DNA from: Nitrosopumilus sp.
GTDB lineage: Archaea; Thermoproteota; Nitrososphaeria; Nitrososphaerales; Nitrosopumilaceae
Reading direction: 5' to 3'
Assembly: GCA_965206745.1 (NCBI GenBank)
Contig: OZ242220.1
Span: 928,001-992,000, forward strand
DNA length: 64,000 bases
In this document: positions 28,745 to 39,559 of the stretch, in pieces
How positions within the stretch are numbered: position 1 is the stretch's first letter
Layout: every line of letters begins with the position of its first letter
Notes under the pieces: model-generated
Database searches by the model: none
Seen by the model: the letters and a program-made list of their open reading frames with translations, nothing else
What the model was told of the DNA's origin: nothing
Translations under genes and position numbers: made by a program

Positions 28745-29452
28745 CTATTCTTCTAATGCGCTTTGAAATGCCTGCTCAAATGTCTCAAATGACTGTGCTC
28801 CAGATAGCAGAGTTGTTCTTCCATCAGGGCCGATCACAAAAAATGCAGGAGTTCCAGTCAATTCCAAACTTCTTGCATCCTCGTTACTGGCAAGTATTGT
28901 TTGTGAGTGTGTCTGATTTAGCATACACTCAGACCATGCATCCATATCCAACCCTATCTCTTGAGCAAATCCTGCTAGGTTCTCTGATGATGCCCATCCG
29001 TTATTCTCCCCTGTCCAGTTTGAATACAAAATATCGTGATATTCCCAAAACAGTCCTTGTTCATTGGCACAGTGGGCCCCATGGGATGCGTTTATGGAAT
29101 CCGGACCAATGATGTTGTAATCTTTGAAGATCATCTTGACCTTTCCTGTTTGGACATAGTCATTTATGATGTCCTCTTCAGTTGAATGAAAGAAGACATT
29201 ACAAAAATGACATTGATAGTCCCCAAATTCGACCAAAGTTATAGGCGCATCAGGACTTCCAAGTATGGGAGACCCGTTAGCTAAAAACGTATCGATGCTG
29301 ATCTCTGATGGGTCTGCCTGCATGCTGGGCGTGGGCTGAATCTCAAGCTCTGTCTGATTTGAGATGCTCTCAAATCCTAAAAACGCAATGATTAGGACTA
29401 TTGAGGATATTGCAGCTCCAATCGCAAGGGACGGCGCATGTATCATCAACAT
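28745..29452 (-). CDS. DsbA-family thiol-disulfide oxidoreductase
   Basis: EFGDYQCHFC and TGTPAF; N-terminal TM; start moved downstream. Confidence 0.9.
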   Translation of the reverse strand: MLMIHAPSLAIGAAISSIVLIIAFLGFESISNQTELEIQPTPSMQADPSEISIDTFLANGSPILGSPDAPITLVEFGDYQCHFCNVFFHSTEEDIINDYVQTGKVKMIFKDYNIIGPDSINASHGAHCANEQGLFWEYHDILYSNWTGENNGWASSENLAGFAQEIGLDMDAWSECMLNQTHSQTILASNEDARSLELTGTPAFFVIGPDGRTTLLSGAQSFETFEQAFQSALEE

Positions 29453-29756
29453 GAGATTCTTTCTGGTTACATTTAGTCGTTTATCCTGAGATGGCCCCAT
29501 GATTTTACCCGTGTGCCTTTCATTCTGGGTTAAATCTGATTTCAAATGACAGGCTCTAAAGTAGTTTTGATGATTCAGGCCAGTCCTACTGCCGCCTTTT
29601 GACTGTGATGCATTCTCCATTGATCCTCGGATCCGGTTGTCCCTTTAGTGTCCATGACTGATAATGTCTGATTTAGGATTACAACCAAGCATATTGTGAT
29701 GTTTTCCTTTCAGTCCACTTTTGATGCAAATTTGCAAGCGTCTTGTTTTTGAATTC

Positions 29757-30056
29757 CTAGTCCTTGATTTCAAAGTATTCTACAGTGTGTGAGAACTGCC
29801 TGTTGTAATCTACCTCGTTCCAGAATTTTTCTTCATCTATGTTTCGTCCCTGATCAATCCAGACGTTTAGAATTTTTTGCATAAACATCTGAGTGCTTTG
29901 ATCAATTTGAGGCCTTTTGCCTGTCTCTTTCTCAATCCGATCACGCTCTTCCTTGAACTTTTTCAGTAGCCCTTTGAGCTGCTTTCCGTTCATCTGGGCC
30001 GCTTTTTCTCTTTTGGCAGATTTTAGATCCTTTTTAAAATTTGATAAAAACCCCAT
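29757..30056 (-). CDS. Hypothetical protein
   Basis: ORF track; charged helical composition. Confidence 0.7.
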   Translation of the reverse strand: MGFLSNFKKDLKSAKREKAAQMNGKQLKGLLKKFKEERDRIEKETGKRPQIDQSTQMFMQKILNVWIDQGRNIDEEKFWNEVDYNRQFSHTVEYFEIKD

Positions 30057-30195
30057 ATGATACAACTAGGCTGATACTATGATTAAAGGGTTAGAAACAC
30101 TATGATGAATGCAACTGAAACTATTGCTATGGAAATTTTCATAAATGGTGACATTGGTTTTGATTAATTTATTGGGATTATAATCGTATCACGGT

Positions 30196-30321
30196 TCATA
30201 TTTTTGGCAAATTGCCCGTTTTATCCAAATTGGATTTACAAACTTTGCAATAAAGCCTGATCTCTTTGGAAGGAAATTCTGTTCCACAATTTTTACAAGT
30301 GAAAAATTTTTCATCATCCAT
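30196..30321 (-). CDS. 41-aa zinc-ribbon microprotein
   Basis: Hand translation MDDEKFFTCKNCGTEFPSKEIRLYCKVCKSNLDKTGNLPKI. Confidence 0.6.
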   Translation of the reverse strand: MDDEKFFTCKNCGTEFPSKEIRLYCKVCKSNLDKTGNLPKI

Positions 30322-30389
30322 ATTTTCTGCAGTGATCTAGTGAACTTAAGAGTATTGCTAGAACAAATATGTAACGCGCCGATTCTGAC

Positions 30390-30701
30390 TTATCTCCCAG
30401 GCCTTTTAAATCCCTGTTTTATCAGGCTGTTTGACGCTGAGGATTTCTGAAATTTTTTCACAACGACTTGGTTTTTTTGCTTTTTGTCATTTGGGTCCTC
30501 TTCAATTTTGTAAACCCTGTCTTGTGGTTTTTTTGCCTTTTCTTTATTATTTGACGGGATGATATTTGACGGGGATATCTTTCTTTTATTGGGGTTTTTT
30601 GGTTTTTTAGTATTTGGCAAGTTCTTTGCAGTCCATTTGATATTTTTAAAATCTGCAGTAGATGACTTTTCTTTATTATGGTCTCCCAATGACTTTACCA
30701 T
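30390..30701 (-). CDS. Lys-rich low-complexity hypothetical protein
   Basis: ORF track; start moved to MVKSLG to avoid overlap. Confidence 0.6.
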   Translation of the reverse strand: MVKSLGDHNKEKSSTADFKNIKWTAKNLPNTKKPKNPNKRKISPSNIIPSNNKEKAKKPQDRVYKIEEDPNDKKQKNQVVVKKFQKSSASNSLIKQGFKRPGR

Positions 30702-30745
30702 GAATAATTGTGATATGTAGTAGAGATAAGAGTATTGATTTGTCC

Positions 30746-30940
30746 TTAGATTTGTTTCCTGTTTTGATTTGTTTGATTGATTATTGATTGCATACATGCA
30801 TGACAAATCAGTGATTTTTCAGTCATCTTACGTACCAGGTCGTGGTTTTGCAACTCTGAATCGTATGTTGCAGCAATGACTATCTTGTTGCTCCATACCT
30901 CAAAACCCTCTTTCTTTTTTGAACATGCAAAGCAGTTCAT
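30746..30940 (-). CDS. Small CxxC..CxxC protein
   Basis: CFAC...CHAC. Confidence 0.7.
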   Translation of the reverse strand: MNCFACSKKKEGFEVWSNKIVIAATYDSELQNHDLVRKMTEKSLICHACMQSIINQTNQNRKQI

Positions 30941-31044
30941 GTATTTTAGAAATTTTATGTCAATTTAAGCATGTTTGCCTTCTAATGATTTTGCAATGCA
31001 AGATAATCGAGAATCTAAATAAAAGGGTCAAACACATCTAATTT

Positions 31045-32094
31045 ATGAAGAAGGTCTTTGTAAACGGATACGGTTCAATTGGAAGCAGAATCGCTGCATT
31101 TCTAAAAGATGATCCAGAAATCACAGTAGTTGGAATTGGAAAGTATTCCCCAGATGACAAAGTAAGCCAGGCCATATCCAAGGGGCTTGAGGTGTATGTT
31201 CCAGAATCAAAATTGAATTCTTTTTCAGATTATAACATTTCAGGCTCGATAGAATCTGCATTAGACGAATCAGATCTTGTCATTGATGCCTCTCCGGGAG
31301 GCCATGGTTACAAAAATAAAAAGAGCCTTTACGAACCAAAAAACATTCCCGCAATTTATCAGGGTGGGGAATCAACAATTGGTTCAGAGACAGTCTCTGA
31401 TCTGCTGTTTAATTCCAGAGTAAACTATGAGCAGGCTTTGGGAAAGAGCCATGTGATGCAAGGTAGTTGCAATGTGACTGGAATGGGCAGAATTTTAGAA
31501 CCACTGCGCGACAGGTTTGGCCGGCAGCTGGCCCGATTTGATGTTACACTTGTTAGGCGATGGGCAGACATTGAGCAAACCGAAAAAAAACTCTCAGACA
31601 CCATAGAGATGACTGAAAACCCCCACCATGGTGATGATGTCAAGCTCTACTTTGGCAAAGACGCTCCGCTGTATGTGCGTGCAATCAAAGTTCCTACAAG
31701 ACAGATGCATCTGCACATAATGGATGTCAGATTCAACGGTACGGCCCCAAAGCCATCTGAAATTCATGACGTGTTTACAAATGAATTTGGAGTTGCAACA
31801 TTATGGACTGCAAAGGGAACAAAAGATGTTAGAGATTATGCTCAAAATATGGGATTTAATTTTACAGATACCAACATGATCCACATTCATGCAAATATGA
31901 CGGCCTCCATTGGAGACACCGTACAAATGATGTATTCTGATGATCAGACAGGGATTGTGATTCCTGAAAATCATGTGCTTATGCAGGCAATGCTGTTTGA
32001 AAAACCCTACAAAGACGCATTTGCCCACACTGAATCAGTATTCCACATGTCAGAGAAGAAACTAAAGTTGCAAGAACATTTTGCCAGGAACTAG
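31045..32094 (+). CDS. gap: Archaeal type II glyceraldehyde-3-phosphate dehydrogenase
   Basis: VNGYGSIG, YQGGE, SCNVTG, HHGDDV, VPTRQMHLH. Confidence 0.93.
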   Translation: MKKVFVNGYGSIGSRIAAFLKDDPEITVVGIGKYSPDDKVSQAISKGLEVYVPESKLNSFSDYNISGSIESALDESDLVIDASPGGHGYKNKKSLYEPKNIPAIYQGGESTIGSETVSDLLFNSRVNYEQALGKSHVMQGSCNVTGMGRILEPLRDRFGRQLARFDVTLVRRWADIEQTEKKLSDTIEMTENPHHGDDVKLYFGKDAPLYVRAIKVPTRQMHLHIMDVRFNGTAPKPSEIHDVFTNEFGVATLWTAKGTKDVRDYAQNMGFNFTDTNMIHIHANMTASIGDTVQMMYSDDQTGIVIPENHVLMQAMLFEKPYKDAFAHTESVFHMSEKKLKLQEHFARN

Positions 32095-33344
32095 CCGTGT
32101 ATTTTCTCAATTCTGATTTTTTTCGGTATGTTTTTTGAAACTTTTTCTACAATAATTCTCAGTTCGTCCACTTCTACCTTGTCCCCCTCTTGCGGTATAT
32201 CTTGCAGCCTTTCGTGAAGCAATCCGTTAAGTGATGCATAGTCATCCCCCTCAGGAACCTTGGTTTTAAAAATTTCATTAATTTTATCTATCTCGATATC
32301 CCCATTTGTGATGATCGTATCCTGATCAATTCTTCTGTATCCTGCCTGCCTTGTCAGATCCGTCTCATCCTCAATCTCTCCGACTATTTCCTCCAAAAGA
32401 TCCTCTAGCGTGACTAGTCCCTCCACCCCTCCATGCTCATCAACAACGATTGCCATGTGCGTCTTTCTTCCCTTCATCTCTTTTAGCAAGGCACTGACCA
32501 TCTTCTCTTGGGAAACAAAGACCGGCTCCCTTGCTATTTTTTCCAAACTGGTCATCTTGTTGTCTATCTCTAACTCTTTGAGAACATCCCTTACATGGAT
32601 GAATCCTACAATGTCATCACTTGTATTTCCGTAAATCGGGATTCTTGAATGCCCACTTTTGTTAATTTGAGGCAATGCTTCAAAGAGCAACATTTTGGAA
32701 TTTAATGAAAACATCTTAGTTCTCGGAGTCATTACTGAGCGAATTACAGTATCATCGAATTTCAGGGCGCCATGCACTAGTTCCATCTCATCTTTTTCCA
32801 ATGCCTTTTCCTCGAGTCCCTGATCAATGACCCCTTTGATCTCTTCTTCGGTGATAGGCGGCGGTGTGGAACTGCTTCCGGTCATCTTTACAACCCCCCT
32901 AGTGATGATCTCAAAGAATTTCACCACGGGATAAAACACATAGCTGAATGCTAGCAGTACGGGGGCATATCTTAGTGCAATTTTAGTTGAATTTGCATTG
33001 CAGTATGTTTTGGGAGTAATTTCGCCAAACACTAGAATCAAAAATGTCATAACTCCGACTGCAATCCCTAAACCGTCATTGCCAAATAACCTGATTGCCA
33101 CGCTTGTTGCAAGAGCCGAACCTCCAACATTTACCAAGTTGTTGCCAAGGTTTACACTTGACATCATCCAGCTTGGATTCATCTTTAATCTATGAAGTGC
33201 CTTTGAGCCTTTTTTGCCCTCATTGAACAACTGAACAACTTTGGATTTTCTAACTCCAACAAGTGCCACCTCCAGACCGCTGAAAAATCCAGACAGTCCA
33301 ATAAGGACAGCCAAGACTGCAATCTCAAGCCATAAATCTACCAT
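32091..33344 (-). CDS. CNNM/hemolysin-family protein (DUF21-CBS-CorC)
   Basis: FFSGLEVAL, FGEITPK, VMTPR, VDEHGGVEGLVTLEDLLEEIVGEI. Confidence 0.93.
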   Translation of the reverse strand: MVDLWLEIAVLAVLIGLSGFFSGLEVALVGVRKSKVVQLFNEGKKGSKALHRLKMNPSWMMSSVNLGNNLVNVGGSALATSVAIRLFGNDGLGIAVGVMTFLILVFGEITPKTYCNANSTKIALRYAPVLLAFSYVFYPVVKFFEIITRGVVKMTGSSSTPPPITEEEIKGVIDQGLEEKALEKDEMELVHGALKFDDTVIRSVMTPRTKMFSLNSKMLLFEALPQINKSGHSRIPIYGNTSDDIVGFIHVRDVLKELEIDNKMTSLEKIAREPVFVSQEKMVSALLKEMKGRKTHMAIVVDEHGGVEGLVTLEDLLEEIVGEIEDETDLTRQAGYRRIDQDTIITNGDIEIDKINEIFKTKVPEGDDYASLNGLLHERLQDIPQEGDKVEVDELRIIVEKVSKNIPKKIRIEKIHG

Positions 33345-33478
33345 GATATCCTCCTAGAGAATTTTATAGAATATTTATAATAATTACTCATTTAGTTTTT
33401 TCGCACCATCTTTTGGTTATTTCTTTTTGATTAAACATGGATTTAACTCTTAACATGGAATATTGAGCCTGACTGAGG

Positions 33479-34816
33479 CTAATTCTTTGGTGGAATTGCA
33501 AATATGTTCTCCGGATTTTTGTGATAATCTACTGGAATCATCGCATCTTTTTGCCTGCCTGTGAGGATTCCGACAACCACGTCGTCTTTTTTGATTATTT
33601 CCTCGCTTACCAATTTTTTAATTCCAACCACTGATGCGCCTGATGCCATCTCACAATCAAATCCGTTGAGGCCCACCACTGACATTCCATCAAGCATCTC
33701 AGAATCCGTCACAGTTGTTGCAACACCATCTGTAAACTCCAACGCCCGTAGACCTTTCAGAATATTTGCTGGTCTGCCAATCTGGATTGCCGTGGCCTTG
33801 GTTTTGGGTAATAGTCCTTCCTTGTCTAAATAATCATAGTATCTGGATATCAATTCCGTATTTGGACTTCCCTTATTCCACCGCAACTCTTCATTTTCAA
33901 ATTTACCGTTATACAAATCCGACAATGTACTTGCACCTTTTGAATTTATCACTGCAATTCTTGGAATTTTTTTAATCCATCCCCAAGCATACAGTTCCAT
34001 TAATGCCTTACCGCAGCTTGAGATATTTCCCAATGCTCCACCCGGATACACTATCCAATCAGGCACTTCCCAATTCAAATATTCCAAAGCTCTAAACGGA
34101 ATTGTTTTTTGCCCTTCAATTCTAAATGGATTGATAGAATTTACCGTGTATCCGTCATGATTTTGTGCATCATCTAGTGATTGTTTTAACGCATCATCAA
34201 AATTCCCATCCACCTCTATGATCTGAGCTCCGAATTGATATGCCTGACTAAGTTTTCCAGGCGCTATCTGTCCTTTGGGAATATACACATCACAGTTAAT
34301 TCCTTCATTTGCCGCAAACATTCCAGCCGAGGCAGAAGTATTTCCAGTGGATGCGCACACGATTTTTTTTGCACCCGTCATTTTTGCATGCGTAACTGCC
34401 GTTGCCATGCCGTTATCTTTGAAGGATCCACTCGGATTGTATCCTTCAGGCTGCAACCACAAGTCGTCATTTGAAACTCCGATAAAATCTGCAGCTTTTG
34501 ACATATGGTATGGCTTTGACTGCCTTCCCTCTGCACCATCTAGGGATACTAGGTATTTTGAGCATTCCTTGATATCTTCTGTGTCAATTTGACAAAAGTT
34601 TAGCAACTCTCTGAATCTCCAAACTCCGCTCTCATTGAAGATACTTCCTTCCGAATTTCTTCTCTTGTAAAAAATTTCTTTTAGTTCTGGAGATGGGTTG
34701 TTTTTGTATTTTACATCCAAAAGATGTCCTTTTTCACATTCAACATTTGTATTCTCAATGGAGTATTCTAATCCACAACTAGGATCAATACATTTGAGAT
34801 AGGCATCACCCTGCAT
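33479..34816 (-). CDS. thrC: Threonine synthase
   Basis: NPSGSFKD, CASTGNTS, RIEGQKT. Confidence 0.92.
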   Translation of the reverse strand: MQGDAYLKCIDPSCGLEYSIENTNVECEKGHLLDVKYKNNPSPELKEIFYKRRNSEGSIFNESGVWRFRELLNFCQIDTEDIKECSKYLVSLDGAEGRQSKPYHMSKAADFIGVSNDDLWLQPEGYNPSGSFKDNGMATAVTHAKMTGAKKIVCASTGNTSASAGMFAANEGINCDVYIPKGQIAPGKLSQAYQFGAQIIEVDGNFDDALKQSLDDAQNHDGYTVNSINPFRIEGQKTIPFRALEYLNWEVPDWIVYPGGALGNISSCGKALMELYAWGWIKKIPRIAVINSKGASTLSDLYNGKFENEELRWNKGSPNTELISRYYDYLDKEGLLPKTKATAIQIGRPANILKGLRALEFTDGVATTVTDSEMLDGMSVVGLNGFDCEMASGASVVGIKKLVSEEIIKKDDVVVGILTGRQKDAMIPVDYHKNPENIFAIPPKN

Positions 34817-34921
34817 CGTAATTACAGATAATCGGTGATAATTTAAAGGAAATCCTGTAAAAATTATAGTGGTTTAGCTATATTTGCTAAACTTTAGATT
34901 AGACATGTCTCGCTTGTAATC

Positions 34922-35296
34922 GTGGTCACATATAACGAACATCTAAAGAAAATTCTATCCCAAACTCTGGATTCATACCAAACTCTTAGAGAAATTCAAG
35001 ACAAGCCGGGGGATCTTGATAGGATCAAAAAAGAGATGTTAAAGATCAACGGGTTCCTAAAGGTGACTACCAACAATATCGATGAGTACAAAATCACCCA
35101 CTCTGATTTCAAAAAGTTAAAATCCAAATTCATTCATTACTTGGAAAACTATTTTTTTGAAAAAGAGATTGAAACGATGGCCCCTCTGTATTCAAATGAT
35201 GTCAGTAGAATAAAAAATATGAGATTAAAAATCATTGAAGCACTAGAGGATAAAAAGATGATTGAAAGCATAGGGGAGTTGATGGATAAGATATGA
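34922..35296 (+). CDS. Hypothetical protein
   Basis: ORF track; helical, host-like composition. Confidence 0.75.
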   Translation: MVTYNEHLKKILSQTLDSYQTLREIQDKPGDLDRIKKEMLKINGFLKVTTNNIDEYKITHSDFKKLKSKFIHYLENYFFEKEIETMAPLYSNDVSRIKNMRLKIIEALEDKKMIESIGELMDKI

Positions 35297-35597
35297 CCGG
35301 TGACAAAAGATGCATTTTATGCGGGTGCCGAGATCATAAAATTTTTGGATGCAATCGACATGTTGCAAAAAAATGCAGTTGTTATGATAATGATGATTAA
35401 TTTTTATGAGATTAATTTCGTTTAGGGCCTGATCTTTCATGGAAGTTTAAACAGCACTTGCACTCTTTTTGGCGACATTCTGCCTCACTATGGTGACCGC
35501 AGATGCCACATTCACAGCTATTTGACATGATATTGTTTGTCGGATTCAGAATATAATTTATCCACCAATTTTTTATGAGTTTAAGGTCAAAACAGGA

Positions 35598-35909
35598 TTA
35601 TTTTTTGGATTTGGGCTTTTTTGGAGGCCTTTCTTCCAACTCTTTTTTGATTTCATCTGCCTTACGGTCCACTGCTTTGATAATCTCTTGGATGATTCCA
35701 TCTAGATCACTGTCTTGAGCTTTAGGTTCTATGGTACTTGCAATCTCTGTAATGGTGTTTGAAATCTCAGAACTAATGTCCTCAAAGCTTTCTGGATCCT
35801 CGTATGCTGCATTGTAAAGGTTTTTTAGATTATTCACATAGCTGATTATTTGCTCAGTTAACATGATTTTGTAATCAGTGCCATTAACTGGAAATTCTTT
35901 TGAACTCAT
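35598..35909 (-). CDS. Hypothetical protein
   Basis: ORF track. Confidence 0.75.
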   Translation of the reverse strand: MSSKEFPVNGTDYKIMLTEQIISYVNNLKNLYNAAYEDPESFEDISSEISNTITEIASTIEPKAQDSDLDGIIQEIIKAVDRKADEIKKELEERPPKKPKSKK

Positions 35910-35979
35910 ATTGTTTTTTCAATATCTTTTGTTTATAACGTTTTCAGCTAAACTGCTTCCATATGGGATCTACTGGCAA

Positions 35980-36441
35980 TCAAAACACTATGTAATCTAA
36001 TGCGGAGGCATCGCTGATCAGTCTGGTGTGCTTTGAACCTACCACGTAACCATTTTTGATGTCTTCTACAGGAATCCATCTGTTTGTAGAAGAATAGTGT
36101 CTCTTTTCAGCCAACTCCCTTTCAATGGCCTCAATATCAAATTCAGCTTCTTCAACCTGCTGGGTTGTAAGATGTTTGACAGTTACCATGATTTTTGTCA
36201 CTTTAACCCGATCTCCAAATTTCCATTTTAGTACCGGGTTTTCATCTGAGACTTCCAACACCTTGATCTTCATCTGCTTTTTTCCAAATGCATCATGACT
36301 GATGAGTGCTCTCTCATCTGTAAACTCTTCAAAACTTGTTCTGGAATTTACTTCTGCATCTGAGACAGTTTCAAGTAAAGATTCAATCTTTTCAGACGGT
36401 TCAGTATTGGTGTTCTCTTCAGACATGCCATTACTTGGCAT
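35980..36441 (-). CDS. Hypothetical protein
   Basis: ORF track. Confidence 0.75.
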   Translation of the reverse strand: MPSNGMSEENTNTEPSEKIESLLETVSDAEVNSRTSFEEFTDERALISHDAFGKKQMKIKVLEVSDENPVLKWKFGDRVKVTKIMVTVKHLTTQQVEEAEFDIEAIERELAEKRHYSSTNRWIPVEDIKNGYVVGSKHTRLISDASALDYIVF

Positions 36442-36882
36442 CTTGTACTTAAAAATGATTTGTGGTTGGTCAGTTCTCTACAAATTCACCCAAAAAACGG
36501 TGAAAAGATTGGAGATTAGATGAGCATGTCAAGTTGCAAAGGCTTTTGAACAGCATCTTTAGAAACGGCAAATGACACCTCAGGCATACACACAATACAG
36601 GATCAAAAAACTATTTTGATGCAATACGAGCAGATGTGCACAGAAAAGGAGACGAGATGTTTTAAACAACTATGCGAAACGAATCAAAAAGCCATCTAAT
36701 CATTTTGACATAGAATACAGGATGATTCTACCAGAGTTAGAAAAAACAAATGGCATTAGGTTGCTGCATTCTTAACCTATGACGTGTAAATGGTGGTCAA
36801 TCTGTATATTCTGAGATATTTTGGCATTTTAGATTGTAAAATTCATTCGCATCTTATTTGGGATTTTGATGTAAATAAAAAG

Positions 36883-37467
36883 TTAATTTGTGGATAGTTC
36901 CGATTCGGGTAAATAATCATAGTATTGTAATGTGTCAATTGCTGCTTTGATATCTTTTTCAGTAAAACCGGCATCTGGTTTTAATTCTCCAAGTTTATCA
37001 TGAATATATTCTAAAGTGTATTTATCAAGCATATTCAACTGTTTTTTTGCCCAATAATGAACCGAAGCCAGCAATTCTAACTCTCTTGGTTTTTTTCCAT
37101 TTGCAAATTTTATAATTTGATTTAATTCTTGATCTATTTCTTTGGAAAACTTGACATCATCAAAATATGAAATATGGTTTTCATTAATAGTCATATTTTG
37201 AATAAATATCTCTTCCTTTCTCGTAGGGATTTCTTTGATGGTGATATTCTTATCATAAACAAAATCTTGTACTATCTGTTGTATTTCCTCACTATGTGGA
37301 CCAAAACCTTGCCATTTGAAAGAAAACAGATCAAATTTCTCATTAAAAAAATACATGCATTTCTGCAGAGCTTTTTTGCCCATTATTCCAGGGATTTCTG
37401 CATTTTCATTTTCTGTAGCTTTTTTAACCAATAGTAAAATTTGATCATTTTTTGTTGCTTCAACCAT
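36883..37467 (-). CDS. YwgA/Panacea(SocA)/DarG-C-terminal-like antitoxin-type protein
   Basis: G.KALQKCMYF...F.W..FGPHS.E and ELELLASVHY motifs; visibly AT-rich. Confidence 0.65.
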   Translation of the reverse strand: MVEATKNDQILLLVKKATENENAEIPGIMGKKALQKCMYFFNEKFDLFSFKWQGFGPHSEEIQQIVQDFVYDKNITIKEIPTRKEEIFIQNMTINENHISYFDDVKFSKEIDQELNQIIKFANGKKPRELELLASVHYWAKKQLNMLDKYTLEYIHDKLGELKPDAGFTEKDIKAAIDTLQYYDYLPESELSTN

Positions 37468-37490
37468 GAATCATCTTCCCCTTATTGACA

Positions 37491-38078
37491 TTAACCAGAG
37501 CCCATACGAGGATTGGTTCTCTGTCTTGTCTTAAATGGCATTCTACATTCTTTGAGAAAAAGATCTTGTCTTGTGCCATTTCGCTTTGCATACATCTTGC
37601 CTTCATATGTGCATACACAGTCAGTGATCTCAAGGGTATCATCCCAAATCTTAAAGTATTCTCGCAGTTCCCTGCTTTCGTATTTTCCAATATCTAGTCG
37701 TTTTTTTGATAAAAATTTGAATGCAAGTAAAACCTTTCTTTTTTTGTAAATATCAAATGTTTTGACCCATTCCAGACATCGCTCAATTTGATCAGCCGGC
37801 ACAGGCAATGACGTACTGGTTCCCGATTTTGCCTCAATTGTGAATATCGTGCTATTACTTGTGTTTACAGCCAGAACGTCAGGCAGTGCGATACTTGGGG
37901 AGCCTAGTCTAAACGCCTTCCAATTATTTGTGCCATTGAACCTCTTTACGATGGTATCTTCCCAATGGTAACCCCTCTGCCTGCGGATTCTTGCGGCTCT
38001 TTGATTATTTGTGATGAGTGTTTCATCTGTTTTTTGCTTTGTAACTGTCACTGCTGAATATTTTGATCTCAATACCAT
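37491..38078 (-). CDS. Archaeal Holliday junction resolvase-like PD-(D/E)xK nuclease
   Basis: RGYHWE...AFRLGS...PDVLA...IEAKS. Confidence 0.85.
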   Translation of the reverse strand: MVLRSKYSAVTVTKQKTDETLITNNQRAARIRRQRGYHWEDTIVKRFNGTNNWKAFRLGSPSIALPDVLAVNTSNSTIFTIEAKSGTSTSLPVPADQIERCLEWVKTFDIYKKRKVLLAFKFLSKKRLDIGKYESRELREYFKIWDDTLEITDCVCTYEGKMYAKRNGTRQDLFLKECRMPFKTRQRTNPRMGSG

Positions 38079-38430
38079 GCCATTTCTCTATTATGTATAG
38101 TAAAGTTGGTAATTATACAATAACTCGACAAACATTATACAAACACCATAACCATCTTGACCCTTTAAAATTCTAAAAAACATCATCTGCACACATGTGG
38201 GAATCTGATGCCAGTAGTGGATTCTTTAGAGCAGAGAAATTCCCGTCTGCATGCGCTAAAACATCCGAATTTTGGATTGGCAATCCCTCTAAAGACGAAA
38301 TTAAAAACATGGAAAAATTAAGAACCCTTAACTGGGTAAATAAAAGACAGAACTGCAGATCCCTTTTTTGACAACCAAAGATGGACAAAAAATACAATGA
38401 GTTTATCAAACCCGCCCATTGTAAAAAATT

Positions 38431-39258
38431 ATGCTAGACGAACTCACAAAGAATCTGGTTCGCATCAAGCAGAGTTTTGCCAAAAATTACTCTGGAAATG
38501 CACACATTCAAGAGGTAATCCCGTCATCAGTCTCAGAAGAGTTTGCACTGCCTTCCCAGCATCTGCGCCTGCTTCACGATTTTGCCATCAAGAATCCAAT
38601 CTATCTTAACCACTATTCAGAAGACATTGAAGGAATCCCATGTACTGTCTATGAAGGAGACATCAACGAATATTGGCTTAACAGTATCAAGCACGGTTCA
38701 AGTTGTCAGCCATTTTACCCAACATGGATAATGTCAGCATATGTTATGACCAGTATCGCCAAAGAATTAGGGCATACAGAACTAGTGGATATTGGATCAG
38801 GGGATGGAAGGATATCCTTCTGTGGCAGCATTTTAGGACAGACATCCCACAGCATTGAAATTGACGACGTGTTAGTGGGGCTGCAAGATGCAATCTGCAA
38901 ATCCACAAAGCAAGACTTTCATCCAGAGTGCCAAGATGCCTTAGAGTTTGATTATTCCCAACTGCAATTAGACAAGCCAGTTTTTTTCATAGGAGGCCTT
39001 CCTCAGATGGGGGGAGACGTCTTGGCAACAGGCATCATAGAAAAAATCGATTCGATTCCGGATCTAAAAAAGAACACATGTATCGTCTTTGCAGGCACCC
39101 ATACGAAACGGCAACTGTCGGGGAATTTAGATGATGGCGGGTGGAGCTCCCTGATTGAAAAACACAATCTAAAAGTAGTCGATACCGTATCTCTGCCTAC
39201 CGTTTGGACATTTGATCAAAGAGTAGAGACCCCATACATCTATACCAAATTCAACTGA
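38431..39258 (+). CDS. Putative class I SAM-dependent methyltransferase
   Basis: FYPT, LVDIGSGDGRI, SIEID motifs. Confidence 0.75.
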   Translation: MLDELTKNLVRIKQSFAKNYSGNAHIQEVIPSSVSEEFALPSQHLRLLHDFAIKNPIYLNHYSEDIEGIPCTVYEGDINEYWLNSIKHGSSCQPFYPTWIMSAYVMTSIAKELGHTELVDIGSGDGRISFCGSILGQTSHSIEIDDVLVGLQDAICKSTKQDFHPECQDALEFDYSQLQLDKPVFFIGGLPQMGGDVLATGIIEKIDSIPDLKKNTCIVFAGTHTKRQLSGNLDDGGWSSLIEKHNLKVVDTVSLPTVWTFDQRVETPYIYTKFN

Positions 39259-39559
39259 CGCCAAAAAAATAGCCTTCTTGAGAAATTCCGCACTCTGATA
39301 TTCTTACCGTTTGTCCTATCTTGGGAGTCTTTGAAATGGTTGCAATTATTCGAAATGCCTTTTCGATTTCGACTATGCAGAAATACTGTCCGTTCTTGCT
39401 TGAAAATTCAATGATTTTGCCCTCAAAATCACCCTCATGTAGGGATACGCTGCCAAAACAATGACTGCAGGATTCTGCAACCGGCCACACAATCTTTTTA
39501 CATTCTGTACACCGAAGAATGCAGAAAATCCCCTGGTTTAACTTGTCTTCAAAACTCAT
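39251..39559 (-). CDS. DUF35 Zn-ribbon/OB-fold protein
   Basis: CTEC...P...CSHC; coupled to thiolase; start moved to MSFED. Confidence 0.85.
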   Translation of the reverse strand: MSFEDKLNQGIFCILRCTECKKIVWPVAESCSHCFGSVSLHEGDFEGKIIEFSSKNGQYFCIVEIEKAFRIIATISKTPKIGQTVRISECGISQEGYFFGVS

